This document shows positions 1 through 9,210 of a stretch of DNA of 64,000 nt, one piece after another. Location of the stretch: contig OZ242184.1 in the NCBI GenBank assembly GCA_965205855.1, positions 256,001 to 320,000 on the forward strand, in the 5' to 3' direction. How positions within the stretch are numbered: the first letter of the stretch is position 1; each line of letters starts with the position of its first letter. A model generated the notes under the pieces. The model had not been told where the DNA came from and did no database searches. It saw nothing but the letters and a program-made list of their open reading frames with translations. The stretch is from Thermodesulfobacteriota bacterium. Its GTDB lineage: Bacteria > Desulfobacterota_D > UBA1144 > Nemesobacterales > Mycalebacteriaceae. Made by a program: the position numbers and the translations under genes.

Positions 1-1861
1 CGGCGATTACAATCTCAACCGTTTCGCCTGCGGCGGCCTCCAGCGCGGCGAGCAGCATTGTGTGCGAAGACGGAATTTTTTCAACCGACAGCGAATATGA
101 ACGCGCGGTTTTAAGAGCAATGTCTTCGTATTTCGCATTTCCCGTGATTGCGGAGATTTTCATAAGGTTCATAACCGCGACTGAGTTTCCGCATGGCACC
201 GCACCGTCGTGAAACTCTTTTTTCCTGACTATCAACTCCTCGCAATCCTTTCGGGTGAAGAAAAAACCGCCTTTTTCGGGGTCTGAAAACAGCCGAATCA
301 TTTCCTCATTGAGAGACAGAGCGGTTTCAAGCCGTGAGGTTTCAAACCCCGCTTCATAAAGCTCAAGAAGCCCCCATATTGTGAAAACGTAATCGTCCAG
401 ATGTCCGTCGATTGATGCTTCGCCTTGCCGGAATCTGTGGAGAAGCCCACGCCCGCCGGTCATTTTTTCCGTTATAAAGTCCGCCGCATCCCGCGCCGCG
501 AGCAGGTATTGGTCTTTCCTGAAAGCGCGCGCGGCTTTGGAAAACGCGGCTATCATCAGACCGTTCCAATCCGCAAGTATTTTGTCGTCCTTGTAAGGCC
601 TCGGCCGTTTTTCTCTGTGTGCGAAAAGTTTTTTCCGCACCGATTCCAGATATTGCGCCGCTTGTTTTTCCGTTATGCCGAACTGTCCGGCAAGTTCCGG
701 AATATCCCTTGCCCTGTGGGGGATGTTGGTTCCGGGCATTTTGCCCGAGGCTTCGTCCGTAAAGTTCCCGCCGCTTGAGATTCCGAGCGCTTGTGCCGCC
801 AAACGCGCCTCGTCGCCGCCGCTGCCGCCGAGTGCGCTGTTGAAGTCCCCCTCGCTCCAGACATAGAATTTCCCCTCCTCCCCTTCGCTGTCCGCATCTT
901 CGGCGGAAAAAAACGCTCCTTCGCCGGTCATGTCCCTCATCACATATTCCAGAATTTTTTCCGCCCCGTCCCGGTAGATGTTTTTCCCTGTTGCCAGCCA
1001 CACTTCGGTTAGCGCCAGAGAGATGAGCGCCTGGTCGTGGAGCATTTTCTCAAAGTGCGGAACAAGCCAGCGGCGGTCGGTGGAATACCTGTGAAATCCG
1101 CCGCCGATATGGTCGTTTATGCCTCCCTTAATCATCGCGCCGAGGGTTTTTTCCGCCATCTCAAGGGCTTTTGGCTCTCCGGTTCTTTTCCAGTGCCGTA
1201 TGAGAAAAATCAGATTGTGGGGCGTGGGAAATTTCGGAGAATTACCGAATCCTCCGAATGTCGGGTCAAAATTGCCGGCAAGTTGTACAAAGCCGTTCCT
1301 CAGCCATTTCCCCGTATCCGTTTCCCCTTCGGACTGCATGACCTCCTGCGCGTTTCTGATTGCCAGGGTTATTTCCGTTGCGGATTTCTCAATATCCTTT
1401 CTTCTGTCGTGCCACACTCCGCTTATCCGCGGTATGAGATCAACCATTCCCGCCCTGCCGAATTTGTTGTGTTTAGGTATATACGTGGCGGCAAAGAAGG
1501 GTTTTTTACGGGGGGTCATAACGACATTCAGCGGCCATCCGCAATTTCCCTCGGAAACTATCTGGCATACGCTCATGAGAACGCCGTCTATGTCGGGCCT
1601 TTCTTCCCTGTCAACTTTTATTGATACGAAAGCGTTATTCATAAGAGCCGCGACTTCGGTGTTTTCAAATGACTCTTTTTCCATTACATGACACCAGTGG
1701 CAGGTTGAGTATCCGACGGAGACAAAAACGGGTTTGTCTTCACGCGCCGCTTTTTCAAACGCTTCATCGCACCAGGGATACCAGTCCACGGGGTTGGCGG
1801 CGTGCTGTAGAAGATACGGGCTTTTTTCTTTGGAGAGTCTGTTTGTATACTTTTCCGGCAT
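1..1861 (-). CDS. Thioredoxin domain-containing protein, YyaL/SSP411 (DUF255) family; runs off the window edge
   Basis: Not in the ORF track because no stop lies in the window. Manual translation from ATG 1861 gives [30 protein letters not shown]...[17 protein letters not shown], the signature N-terminus of the family. Confidence 0.9.
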   Translation of the reverse strand, partial: MPEKYTNRLSKEKSPYLLQHAANPVDWYPWCDEAFEKAAREDKPVFVSVGYSTCHWCHVMEKESFENTEVAALMNNAFVSIKVDREERPDIDGVLMSVCQIVSEGNCGWPLNVVMTPRKKPFFAATYIPKHNKFGRAGMVDLIPRISGVWHDRRKDIEKSATEITLAIRNAQEVMQSEGETDTGKWLRNGFVQLAGNFDPTFGGFGNSPKFPTPHNLIFLIRHWKRTGEPKALEMAEKTLGAMIKGGINDHIGGGFHRYSTDRRWLVPHFEKMLHDQALISLALTEVWLATGKNIYRDGAEKILEYVMRDMTGEGAFFSAEDADSEGEEGKFYVWSEGDFNSALGGSGGDEARLAAQALGISSGGNFTDEASGKMPGTNIPHRARDIPELAGQFGITEKQAAQYLESVRKKLFAHREKRPRPYKDDKILADWNGLMIAAFSKAARAFRKDQYLLAARDAADFITEKMTGGRGLLHRFRQGEASIDGHLDDYVFTIWGLLELYEAGFETSRLETALSLNEEMIRLFSDPEKGGFFFTRKDCEELIVRKKEFHDGAVPCGNSVAVMNLMKISAITGNAKYEDIALKTARSYSLSVEKIPSSHTMLLAALEAAAGETVEIVIA

Positions 1862-1972
1862 GGTGAAAAAATACCCGTCATTTCTTCGCTGTTCCATTGT
1901 TGCTATGGACTGCTACGGGGCGGACAGTTTATATTGAAGGAAAGTTTGCCGCGTATATAAAGACGAGTTTCC

Positions 1973-2359
1973 ATGAAAGTTTACAAAAAAGCCGGAGTTG
2001 TGGTTCGCAGGCATGTGAAGGGAGGCGAGGATGAGATACTTCTTATCAGCGCGCGCCGTTACGCCGGTTCATGGGTTTTTCCTGCGGGGACTGTTGAAGA
2101 GGGCGAACTTCCGCAACAGGCCGCCGCACGCGAATGCGAGGAGGAAAGCGGCTATACGGTGCAAACCGGAGATGAAATGGGAGTTGTTACGGTTTCCGAA
2201 TCGGACTGGGAGAAAAGGTTTGTTTTTTTCTCCGCGAATGTTACAGGCGAGGTTGAAAGAGAGGAAAAAGACAGGCAGCGCAAGTGGGTGAAGGTCTCCT
2301 CGCTTGAAAATGAGGTTGCCGAAATTTTTATCCCCATAGCACGGGCAGCCTGCCGGTAG
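1973..2359 (+). CDS. NUDIX hydrolase
   Basis: Nudix box GTVEEGELPQQAAARECEEESG. Confidence 0.88.
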   Translation: MKVYKKAGVVVRRHVKGGEDEILLISARRYAGSWVFPAGTVEEGELPQQAAARECEEESGYTVQTGDEMGVVTVSESDWEKRFVFFSANVTGEVEREEKDRQRKWVKVSSLENEVAEIFIPIARAACR

Positions 2360-2419
2360 AACCGCCCCTTGAGGACTCGTGCCGTTCTGTTAGACTTGGC
2401 GGCAAGCCGGAAAGCCAGT

Positions 2420-3181
2420 ATGGAAAACTACTACACCAGAATCGCCGACAGATACAGAACCTTGCGCACAACGGACAGAGAGCCCGTTGATTTTATGTGC
2501 GGACTGCTTCCCACAACGGGTCGCATTCAAGCCGCCGATATGGGTTGCGGCGTCGGGCGATATGTGAAGCTGATTCTTGAAACTCTGCGGGACAGGGTTT
2601 TTATTTACTGTTTTGACACAAATGAGTATATGCTCAACCGGCTTGAACACCACCTTGCAGAGGAAGGGAAGTCCGGTTTTTCCGCGAAAGTCGCGGATGC
2701 GAGGGAGGTGCCTCTTGAAGATATGTCCCTTGATGCCGTTTTCTGCTTCAACTCCATTCACCACATAGGGATTGTCTCCTTTCTTCGGGAAGTTTCCCGG
2801 ATTCTTAAGCCCGGCGGTTCGTTGTTTGTCTACACAAGGTCAAGAACACAGAACGCTCGCACTGTTTGGGGGCGTTATTTTCCGCTTTTCCGACGCAAGG
2901 AGTCGCGTCTTTACGAGCCGGAGGAGTTTGAATTCAAAGTCGGGAAGTTTCTGGAATTTGAAATTGAGACGGCAAAGACTTTCCTTTACGAACGTAAAAA
3001 CTCAAAGCGTGATCTTATGGAAAAAGCGTCCGAGCACCACTACTCCACCTTTCACTTCTACGAGCCGGAGGAGTTTGACAGGGCTCTCAAATCCTTCAAA
3101 GAAAATCTGGAACGGGAGTTTGAAGGCGATGTGGAATGGGAAGATGAAAAAACCATGTATGTGCTAAAAAAGCGCGCCTGA
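2420..3181 (+). CDS. Class I SAM-dependent methyltransferase
   Basis: ADMGCGVG motif I, DAREVP, SLDAVF and RILKPGG. ATG 2420 preferred over the track start 2369. Confidence 0.85.
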   Translation: MENYYTRIADRYRTLRTTDREPVDFMCGLLPTTGRIQAADMGCGVGRYVKLILETLRDRVFIYCFDTNEYMLNRLEHHLAEEGKSGFSAKVADAREVPLEDMSLDAVFCFNSIHHIGIVSFLREVSRILKPGGSLFVYTRSRTQNARTVWGRYFPLFRRKESRLYEPEEFEFKVGKFLEFEIETAKTFLYERKNSKRDLMEKASEHHYSTFHFYEPEEFDRALKSFKENLEREFEGDVEWEDEKTMYVLKKRA

Positions 3182-3190
3182 GCTTTCCGT

Positions 3191-4135
3191 TTATCTTTTC
3201 CCTGTCTCAAGGCACGTCTTTATCGTTCGCGCGAGGTTTTCCATCATTTCAAAATACAGTCCGGTTCCGGGCTCGATGCCGACTCCGATGGGGTCAAGAG
3301 GAACGATTTTTGCATCCGTTCCCTCAACTGCAGCCAGCACAAGTTTGTCTTTAAACTGCGGCTCGCTGAAAACGCAACCGGCTCTGGATTTGCGTATTCT
3401 TGCCCTGATTTCTTTGAGAGTCCGCGCCGACTGAGACATTGCGGGACTTGTGGTTATTGAGCCTACGATGTTCAGTCCGTAGTCGCGCTCAAAATAACCG
3501 TAGGCATCATGGAAAACGGCCAGGGGAGCGTTTTCCATTCCCGCAAATTCCCGTTCGAATTTTTCGTCAAGAGTTCTCAGTTTTTTTATGGTATTACGCG
3601 CATTTGTGTTGTAGGCGTTTTTGTTTTGCGGACTGATTTGGGACATCTGTTTTGTTACGTTTCTTACAATTTTCTCCGCATTTCTGAGTGAAAGCCAGAT
3701 ATGCAGATTGTACTTTCCGTGGTCGTGTTCGTCCGATTCCCAGCTTCCGCCCCGTCTTGATTTCTCAAGACGGATGCCCGAACCGGACGCGACGGAGAAT
3801 TTGCGGATTTTCTCCGGAAGCAAGCGCAGAGCGCCTGTGATAAAAGACTCAAAATTCTCGTCTATGTAGAACACGGCCTTTGCGCCGTACATCTCTTTTA
3901 TATGAGACGGTCTCAGGTCGAAATCATGAGGCGATTTGTTCGCCGGAACAATTAAAACCGTTTTATCGACGCCTTGCGTTACTCCCGCGACAAGTGAATG
4001 TAGCGGCGCTATGGTTACGGCAATCGCACCGGACTGCCGTGCGTATGCTTTATATGTAAGAATTGCTGTGAAAAACCCAATCGCAATCGGGACAATTAAA
4101 ATTCCAAGGATTGTTTTTATCCTGTTGTCTGTCAT
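3191..4135 (-). CDS. znuA: Zinc ABC transporter substrate-binding protein
   Basis: SPHDFDLRPS, HIWLS, FHDAYGYF and LDPIG motifs; divergent from zur-znuCB. Confidence 0.9.
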   Translation of the reverse strand: MTDNRIKTILGILIVPIAIGFFTAILTYKAYARQSGAIAVTIAPLHSLVAGVTQGVDKTVLIVPANKSPHDFDLRPSHIKEMYGAKAVFYIDENFESFITGALRLLPEKIRKFSVASGSGIRLEKSRRGGSWESDEHDHGKYNLHIWLSLRNAEKIVRNVTKQMSQISPQNKNAYNTNARNTIKKLRTLDEKFEREFAGMENAPLAVFHDAYGYFERDYGLNIVGSITTSPAMSQSARTLKEIRARIRKSRAGCVFSEPQFKDKLVLAAVEGTDAKIVPLDPIGVGIEPGTGLYFEMMENLARTIKTCLETGKR

Positions 4136-4141
4136 AATGTA

Positions 4142-4158
4142 ATGTTATAATATAACAT
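4142..4158. promoter_or_regulatory. Zur box overlapping divergent extended -10 elements
   Basis: Perfect 8-1-8 palindrome ATGTTATA-A-TATAACAT in the 25-bp znuA/zur gap, matching the proteobacterial Zur consensus core. Contains TGtTATAAT (+) and TGtTATATT (-). Confidence 0.88.
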
Positions 4159-4160
4159 AA

Positions 4161-4640
4161 ATGGGAGTCAAATCCTCAATTTTGAATATGAAAAACAGCA
4201 AAGACCGCGGCGGATGCGTTAACAAGACTATTATCATTGTAAAGAAAATATGCGCCGAAAGGGGAATTCGTCTTACGCCCTCAAGAATGCGCGTTATGGA
4301 TATGATTTTGCGTAGTCGCCAGCCGGTAAAGGCGTATGCCATATTGAAGTCTTTTTCCGACTCTTCCGCGCCGCCGACTGTTTACCGGGCTCTGAATTTT
4401 CTAATAGAGAACGGGTTTGTCCACAAAATCGCGAGCTCCTCTTCGTATGTCGCGTGTATTCATCCCGAAAGCCGGCATCCGGAGTGTTTTTTTCTCCTAT
4501 GTTCGGTTTGTGGTAACACAAAGGAATTTTGCGGCGGACTGTCCAAAACCATTGTGGAGGCGATTGGACACGAAGGTTTCGGCAAGGAAAAAATTGTTCT
4601 GGAAGTGCATGGAGTCTGCGCCGGATGCGGCGGAGTTTAG
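4161..4640 (+). CDS. zur: Fur-family zinc uptake regulator (start may be ATG 4188)
   Basis: RLTPSR, PPTVYRALNFL, CSVCG and CAGC motifs; adjacent to znu genes. Confidence 0.88.
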   Translation: MGVKSSILNMKNSKDRGGCVNKTIIIVKKICAERGIRLTPSRMRVMDMILRSRQPVKAYAILKSFSDSSAPPTVYRALNFLIENGFVHKIASSSSYVACIHPESRHPECFFLLCSVCGNTKEFCGGLSKTIVEAIGHEGFGKEKIVLEVHGVCAGCGGV

Positions 4641-4642
4641 AT

Positions 4643-5395
4643 ATGGAAACACTTTTAAAAACACACCGTGTTTGTTTTGCGCGGCACGGGGTTGAGATAC
4701 TACGGGATATTTCACTTGAGGTGAAAAAGGGGGACTTCTTGTCCGTTGTGGGTCCCAACGGCGCCGGAAAGACAACGCTGTTAAAAATTCTCACCGGTAT
4801 CTTGCGGCCCGATTCCGGTTCGTGCGAACGCGGTTCGGGGTTGAAGATTGGCTATATGCCTCAGAGGCTTGAAGGAGACGGGGTTATGCCCATTTCGGCG
4901 AAGCGGTTTATAAGCCTTTGCTACGATAAAAACGGGACGGATTTTGATTCGGTCTGCCGGGAGACTGGTGTTTCCAGTGTTCTGGACAGGCCGCTTTACA
5001 ATCTTTCCGGAGGAGAGATGCAGCGCGTCATGCTTGCAAGGGCGCTTATGAACAATCCCGACCTTCTTGTGCTGGATGAGCCCGCCCAGAACCTTGATGT
5101 TTCGGGACAGTTGCATTTTTACAAAGCGCTTCAGGAAATTCACCTCAGGCGCGGTATCGCCATCCTGATGGTTTCCCATGACCTTCACATGGTTATGTCT
5201 TCCACAAAAACGGTTATCTGTCTTTATGTTCATGTCTGTTGCGCGGGCAAGCCGACAACGGTCGTGAAAGATCCTGAATTTATCGCCATCTTAGGCGAGG
5301 AAATGGCGCGACTGATGTCCGTTTATCCTCATTCCCATGACCATGAGCACGCCGGTTCCCATACCGAACCCGCCGTGCGGGAGAACAATGCCTGA
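4643..5395 (+). CDS. znuC: Zinc ABC transporter ATP-binding protein
   Basis: GPNGAGKTT, LSGGEMQR, LLVLDEP, His-rich tail. Confidence 0.9.
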   Translation: METLLKTHRVCFARHGVEILRDISLEVKKGDFLSVVGPNGAGKTTLLKILTGILRPDSGSCERGSGLKIGYMPQRLEGDGVMPISAKRFISLCYDKNGTDFDSVCRETGVSSVLDRPLYNLSGGEMQRVMLARALMNNPDLLVLDEPAQNLDVSGQLHFYKALQEIHLRRGIAILMVSHDLHMVMSSTKTVICLYVHVCCAGKPTTVVKDPEFIAILGEEMARLMSVYPHSHDHEHAGSHTEPAVRENNA

Positions 5396-6209
5396 ACCTT
5401 TCATACTTCGCGCCTTGGTTGCGGGGGTCGGTGTTGCCATTGTCGCGGGGCTGCTTGGATGTTTTGTAATATGGAGGCGGATGGCTTATTTCGGCGACTC
5501 GCTTGCCCATGCCGCGCTTGCGGGTATTCCTCTCGGTATTCTTATGAAGATAGGAGAAGACTACGGGATTTTATTGGTTGCATCGGTTTTTTCCATTCTG
5601 CTTTTATACATCGGCGGCCACAGTCGTCTTTCCTCGGACGTGGTGCTGGGTATAATCGCGCACTCAACCCTCGCAATCGGAATAGTGGCGGTTTCTCTGA
5701 TCGATTTTTCGGTTTTCAACTTACATTCGGTTCTTTTCGGCGATATTTTAACTGTGGGCACTGCTGACATAGCGCGGATATACATCTGTGCGGCTGTTGT
5801 GATTGTCGTACTGGTATTGAAATGGGATTCTTTCCTGCTTGCTACAATCAACAGGGATTTGGCAAATGCCGAAGGCATCAACACATTCGGGATTAACCTG
5901 CTTCTTGTTTTTCTTATGGCGTTTGTTGTTTCAGTGTCTTTTCAGGTGGTTGGCGTTTTACTTATAACATCGGCCCTGATCATTCCGGCGGCGGCGGCGC
6001 GTATGATTGCCCGTTCGCCAGAATCAATGGCGGTTTTCTCCTGTGCCGTCGGCATGGTGTCCGTTATTGCGGGAATCTATCTTTCCCTTAATTTTGACAC
6101 TCCGTCGGGGCCTTCAATTATTTTGGCGTCAACCGCGCTTTTTGTTTTGTTTTTCACAGCTTCAATACTTTTTGAAAAAGTCTTTCGTAAAAAAAGAAAC
6201 ATTTTTTAA
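5388..6209 (+). CDS. znuB: Zinc ABC transporter permease
   Basis: WRRMAYFGDSLAHAALAG, LFGDIL and DTPSGPSI motifs. Confidence 0.9.
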   Translation: MPEPFILRALVAGVGVAIVAGLLGCFVIWRRMAYFGDSLAHAALAGIPLGILMKIGEDYGILLVASVFSILLLYIGGHSRLSSDVVLGIIAHSTLAIGIVAVSLIDFSVFNLHSVLFGDILTVGTADIARIYICAAVVIVVLVLKWDSFLLATINRDLANAEGINTFGINLLLVFLMAFVVSVSFQVVGVLLITSALIIPAAAARMIARSPESMAVFSCAVGMVSVIAGIYLSLNFDTPSGPSIILASTALFVLFFTASILFEKVFRKKRNIF

Positions 6210-6320
6210 TTTTTAACTATGAGAGATATTTTGACGCTTCCGGTTACGTTTTTCTTGTCGTCAACCCTTTTTGCTTTCCCCGTCCGGTGGTGGCGATGAA
6301 AGGCACGGCCATTGATTTCT

Positions 6321-6701
6321 TCAAATGAAGTATCCGACAAGAAACGCGAAAAAGAACCCAACAAGATACAATGCGACTGAAAACACCACAATCACAAGAC
6401 TAAATCTCCGCAGACGCATGCACATCCGCGCCGCCTCCGGCTCTGCGGGGCAGGGAGCGTTCCTCTGCGCATAACGTCCCCAAGCCGCGATTGCGAGCAT
6501 TATTCCCGCGACTGCGAAAACCCATGCCTTATGCTCCGAAAGCCACACAAGTTGCGGAAACGCGCTCACAAGCCCCGCCGTTACTGCTCCGAGACCAATG
6601 CTCACAAGCAGCGCGGGCAGAGCGCAGCAGACAAGAGTTCCCGCCGATGTAAAAAGTGAAAAAAACGGCAAGGTTGCGTCCTTCCAGCCGAAATTTTTCA
6701 T
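6321..6701 (-). CDS. MerT/MerF-like heavy-metal transporter membrane protein
   Basis: Intramembrane CC pair (TLVCCALP), several TM segments, second Cys pair (APCP...MC). Confidence 0.7.
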   Translation of the reverse strand: MKNFGWKDATLPFFSLFTSAGTLVCCALPALLVSIGLGAVTAGLVSAFPQLVWLSEHKAWVFAVAGIMLAIAAWGRYAQRNAPCPAEPEAARMCMRLRRFSLVIVVFSVALYLVGFFFAFLVGYFI

Positions 6702-7090
6702 TCTGCGTCTCCCGTTCTGTAGCGCGATATGGACACAACTTCATAGCCGGAATCGTTTATCAATTTCCTGATTTTTCCGTCTGGCAGATTTCCCCCCTTT
6801 TTGAGATAAACCGTAACAAATCCGCGCCTGAGATTGACATCCGTTTCCTCAACCACGTCGGTTTTGAGAAAAACCTTGTATATGGAGCGGGCGCAGAAAT
6901 CGCACACAAGCCCGTTGACACGGATGTGAACAATCTCTCCCGCAAGTATGGGTTCTCCCGCCTTTTCAGTGCGCGCGGGTGGCCTGTGGTCGTGTTCTCC
7001 GTATCTGTCATGACCCGCGTTTGCATTTCCGAACGCGATAAAAGCCGCAACCGTAAATATTAAAATTGCTGTTGTTAATTTCATTTTCAT
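6698..7090 (-). CDS. Exported heavy-metal-associated (HMA) domain protein
   Basis: Signal peptide, His-rich linker, VNGLVCDFC metal motif, DSGYEV C-terminus. Confidence 0.8.
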   Translation of the reverse strand: MKMKLTTAILIFTVAAFIAFGNANAGHDRYGEHDHRPPARTEKAGEPILAGEIVHIRVNGLVCDFCARSIYKVFLKTDVVEETDVNLRRGFVTVYLKKGGNLPDGKIRKLINDSGYEVVSISRYRTGDAE

Positions 7091-7102
7091 TCCTCCTTTT
7101 TA

Positions 7103-7747
7103 TTAAAACCGCCGGATAAAGTTTAGTAGAAAATTCCCCTTGCTTCCGTATCCGACCTCAAGAAGCGACGCGCCCTTGAAAAAGCGCACAAGCGGGGTTA
7201 TTTCCGTCTTGTTTGCACAATTCGCCGTTGGGCAATAAGTAATTTCCGTCATAATCCAGGTATGCAGAGAGCCGTAATCCGCCACATACGGAGCGATTCC
7301 AACTCTCCCCGACTGCCAGAACCGCTTGTCAAACCTTCCCAAACTCCGGGCGCGATTCTCATAGCGGACAAAAAACCTTCTGTTTTCCCAGTCCGCGGAT
7401 ATTCCCGCAAACACCGCGGGAGACAAATCGCCGTTTTTCAACGCCCCGCCGGCTGCGAGTTTGAGATACAAGTTTGCCTGCGAATGGCTCCGGTTGAGTC
7501 GTTTCAGCAGGGAGTTGAGCTGAAAAACCAGTCCTATGGTGTCACGTCCGCGCGCGTGAAATCCCCTCAGCCCGACCGAATGCCGCGCCGAGGGCGAATA
7601 ATGCAGATGAACAGATGTGTTCATCGCGTTATGCATCTGCATTACGGTCCACCCGCCCTTATGGGAAACGGGTCTCCCCCACGCGCCGTGAATCTGAGGC
7701 AGAAAAGCCGCCAATGTGAAAGCGCAAGCTACGCAAAGTTTTTTCAT
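7103..7747 (-). CDS. Exported hypothetical protein, probably beta-barrel, in metal operon
   Basis: Signal peptide, amphipathic beta pattern, C-terminal Phe, upstream SD GGAGG. Confidence 0.6.
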   Translation of the reverse strand: MKKLCVACAFTLAAFLPQIHGAWGRPVSHKGGWTVMQMHNAMNTSVHLHYSPSARHSVGLRGFHARGRDTIGLVFQLNSLLKRLNRSHSQANLYLKLAAGGALKNGDLSPAVFAGISADWENRRFFVRYENRARSLGRFDKRFWQSGRVGIAPYVADYGSLHTWIMTEITYCPTANCANKTEITPLVRFFKGASLLEVGYGSKGNFLLNFIRRF

Positions 7748-7819
7748 TTTTCCTCCGCTTTGAGTTTTGAGTCTGGTGACAAAGCCGTCGTTTAACGACT
7801 TTGAAGTGAAAGCGGGGAA

Positions 7820-8194
7820 TTAAACAAGGATGCGAAGGGTCAGCAGATAGATATGCAGTTCCGCCTGCCGGACGGCGCGGGACGGCAAAATCTTTTTCCG
7901 GTTTGCCACTCCGTTGAAAGCCGCCGGAAATTCCGTCCGCGCAAAGAGGACAGAGAGTTTTGAGCCGGCGCTTTCTTTTTTCACAACCGTCTGTTGAAAA
8001 TCAAGACAGTCTCCAAAAGCCGAGTGTTCGCAGTTTTCGTCCGGACTGTGGTCGGGGCAAACCCTTTTGTTTTCTGAATGGGATGCGTGAACCGCCGCGC
8101 TGTCCTGTTCCAGCATTGGACACGGGGCGGAGTTTGCCGCGGAGACGGCAAAGCCGAAAATTAAAACAAAAAATACAACGGCAACACGCAACAT
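7820..8194 (-). CDS. Exported His/Cys-rich hypothetical protein (first gene of the metal operon)
   Basis: Signal peptide plus CPM, HASH, CPDH and CEH motifs. Confidence 0.55.
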   Translation of the reverse strand: MLRVAVVFFVLIFGFAVSAANSAPCPMLEQDSAAVHASHSENKRVCPDHSPDENCEHSAFGDCLDFQQTVVKKESAGSKLSVLFARTEFPAAFNGVANRKKILPSRAVRQAELHIYLLTLRILV

Positions 8195-8203
8195 AACGAA
8201 AGA

Positions 8204-8232
8204 AAACTATAGTTGAATCGGCGGACTGTCAA
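8204..8232 (-). promoter_or_regulatory. Sigma70-type promoter for the metal operon
   Basis: TTGACA-N17-TAGTTT ending about 10 nt before ATG 8194. Confidence 0.5.
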
Positions 8233-8254
8233 ACCGCATTTGAGAGTTTGGAAG

Positions 8255-8321
<67 letters not shown>

Positions 8322-8331
<10 letters not shown>

Positions 8332-9122
8332 GGGTTTTCTTTCAATTCCGCCACTACCATTTTCATATCGTCCCAGAGAGGGCGTTTGTATTTTTCAAAC
8401 CTCAAAAGGGCGGCGGGGTGGTATGTTACCGCAAGTTTTATCCCTCCGTAGTTGTGAAACACGCCGCGTAAAGAACCGAGCGAAGGATTTTGAAGTTTCA
8501 AAAGCGCCTTTGCCGCCACAAGCCCCAGACACACTATAACCCGCGGAGAAACGGATTTTATCTGATTTACCAGAAACGGCTCGCATTCCGCCGCCTCATC
8601 CGCCTCGGGGTTCCGGTTTTCGGGCGGTCTGCATTTCACAACATTGCAGATATACACGTCTTCGCGTTTCATTCCCATCGCCTCTATTATCTTGTCCAGA
8701 AGTTTTCCGCCTCTTCCCACAAAAGGCCTTCCCTGCTCATCCTCGTCCCTACCCGGGCCTTCTCCGACAAAAACAAGCTCGGCTTTCGGGTTTCCTTCGC
8801 CGAAAACAATCGTTCTTCTTCCGGAATGAAGTTTGCATCTTTCGCAGTCGCCGAGTTCCTTTCTTATCTCTTCAAGACTTTTTTCGCCGCCGGATTCAAA
8901 AAGGTCTGAAAACTGGCTGACCGTAACGGCTGGGTTCGTCTTTTCCGTCTGCGGTATTTTTTGAGCAGCGGCTTCCTTTTGCTTCCCAGCCGCTTTGGCA
9001 CGCACGGGGGTTTGTGCGGTTTCTTTTTCAATCATAATTTTTCCGTTTCCCACACGCGCCTGAAATTCCAGATAGGCTTTTAGCTCGTTTATTACCGCTT
9101 TTACTTCGTCGTTTCCGTTCAT
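8322..9122 (-). CDS. Uracil-DNA glycosylase family 4 (Fe-S)
   Basis: CERCKL, GEGPG, GRPFVG, NVVKCRPP and TYHPAALL. ATG 9122 preferred start. Confidence 0.9.
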
Positions 9123-9210
9123 CCGCCGCACGGCTTTGTATTTGAAAGCCAACTTCCTGTTGTCTACAATATACATTCCAACAAGACGGTAATGAAGGTT
9201 GCCGCCGTAA

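Noticed and set aside
363-1937. Many overlapping track ORFs (e.g. 1037-1624 +, 363-1001 -)
   Set aside because: They are shadows of the real minus-strand YyaL gene that runs off the window. The same applies to antisense ORFs within gltB, mfd and other long genes.
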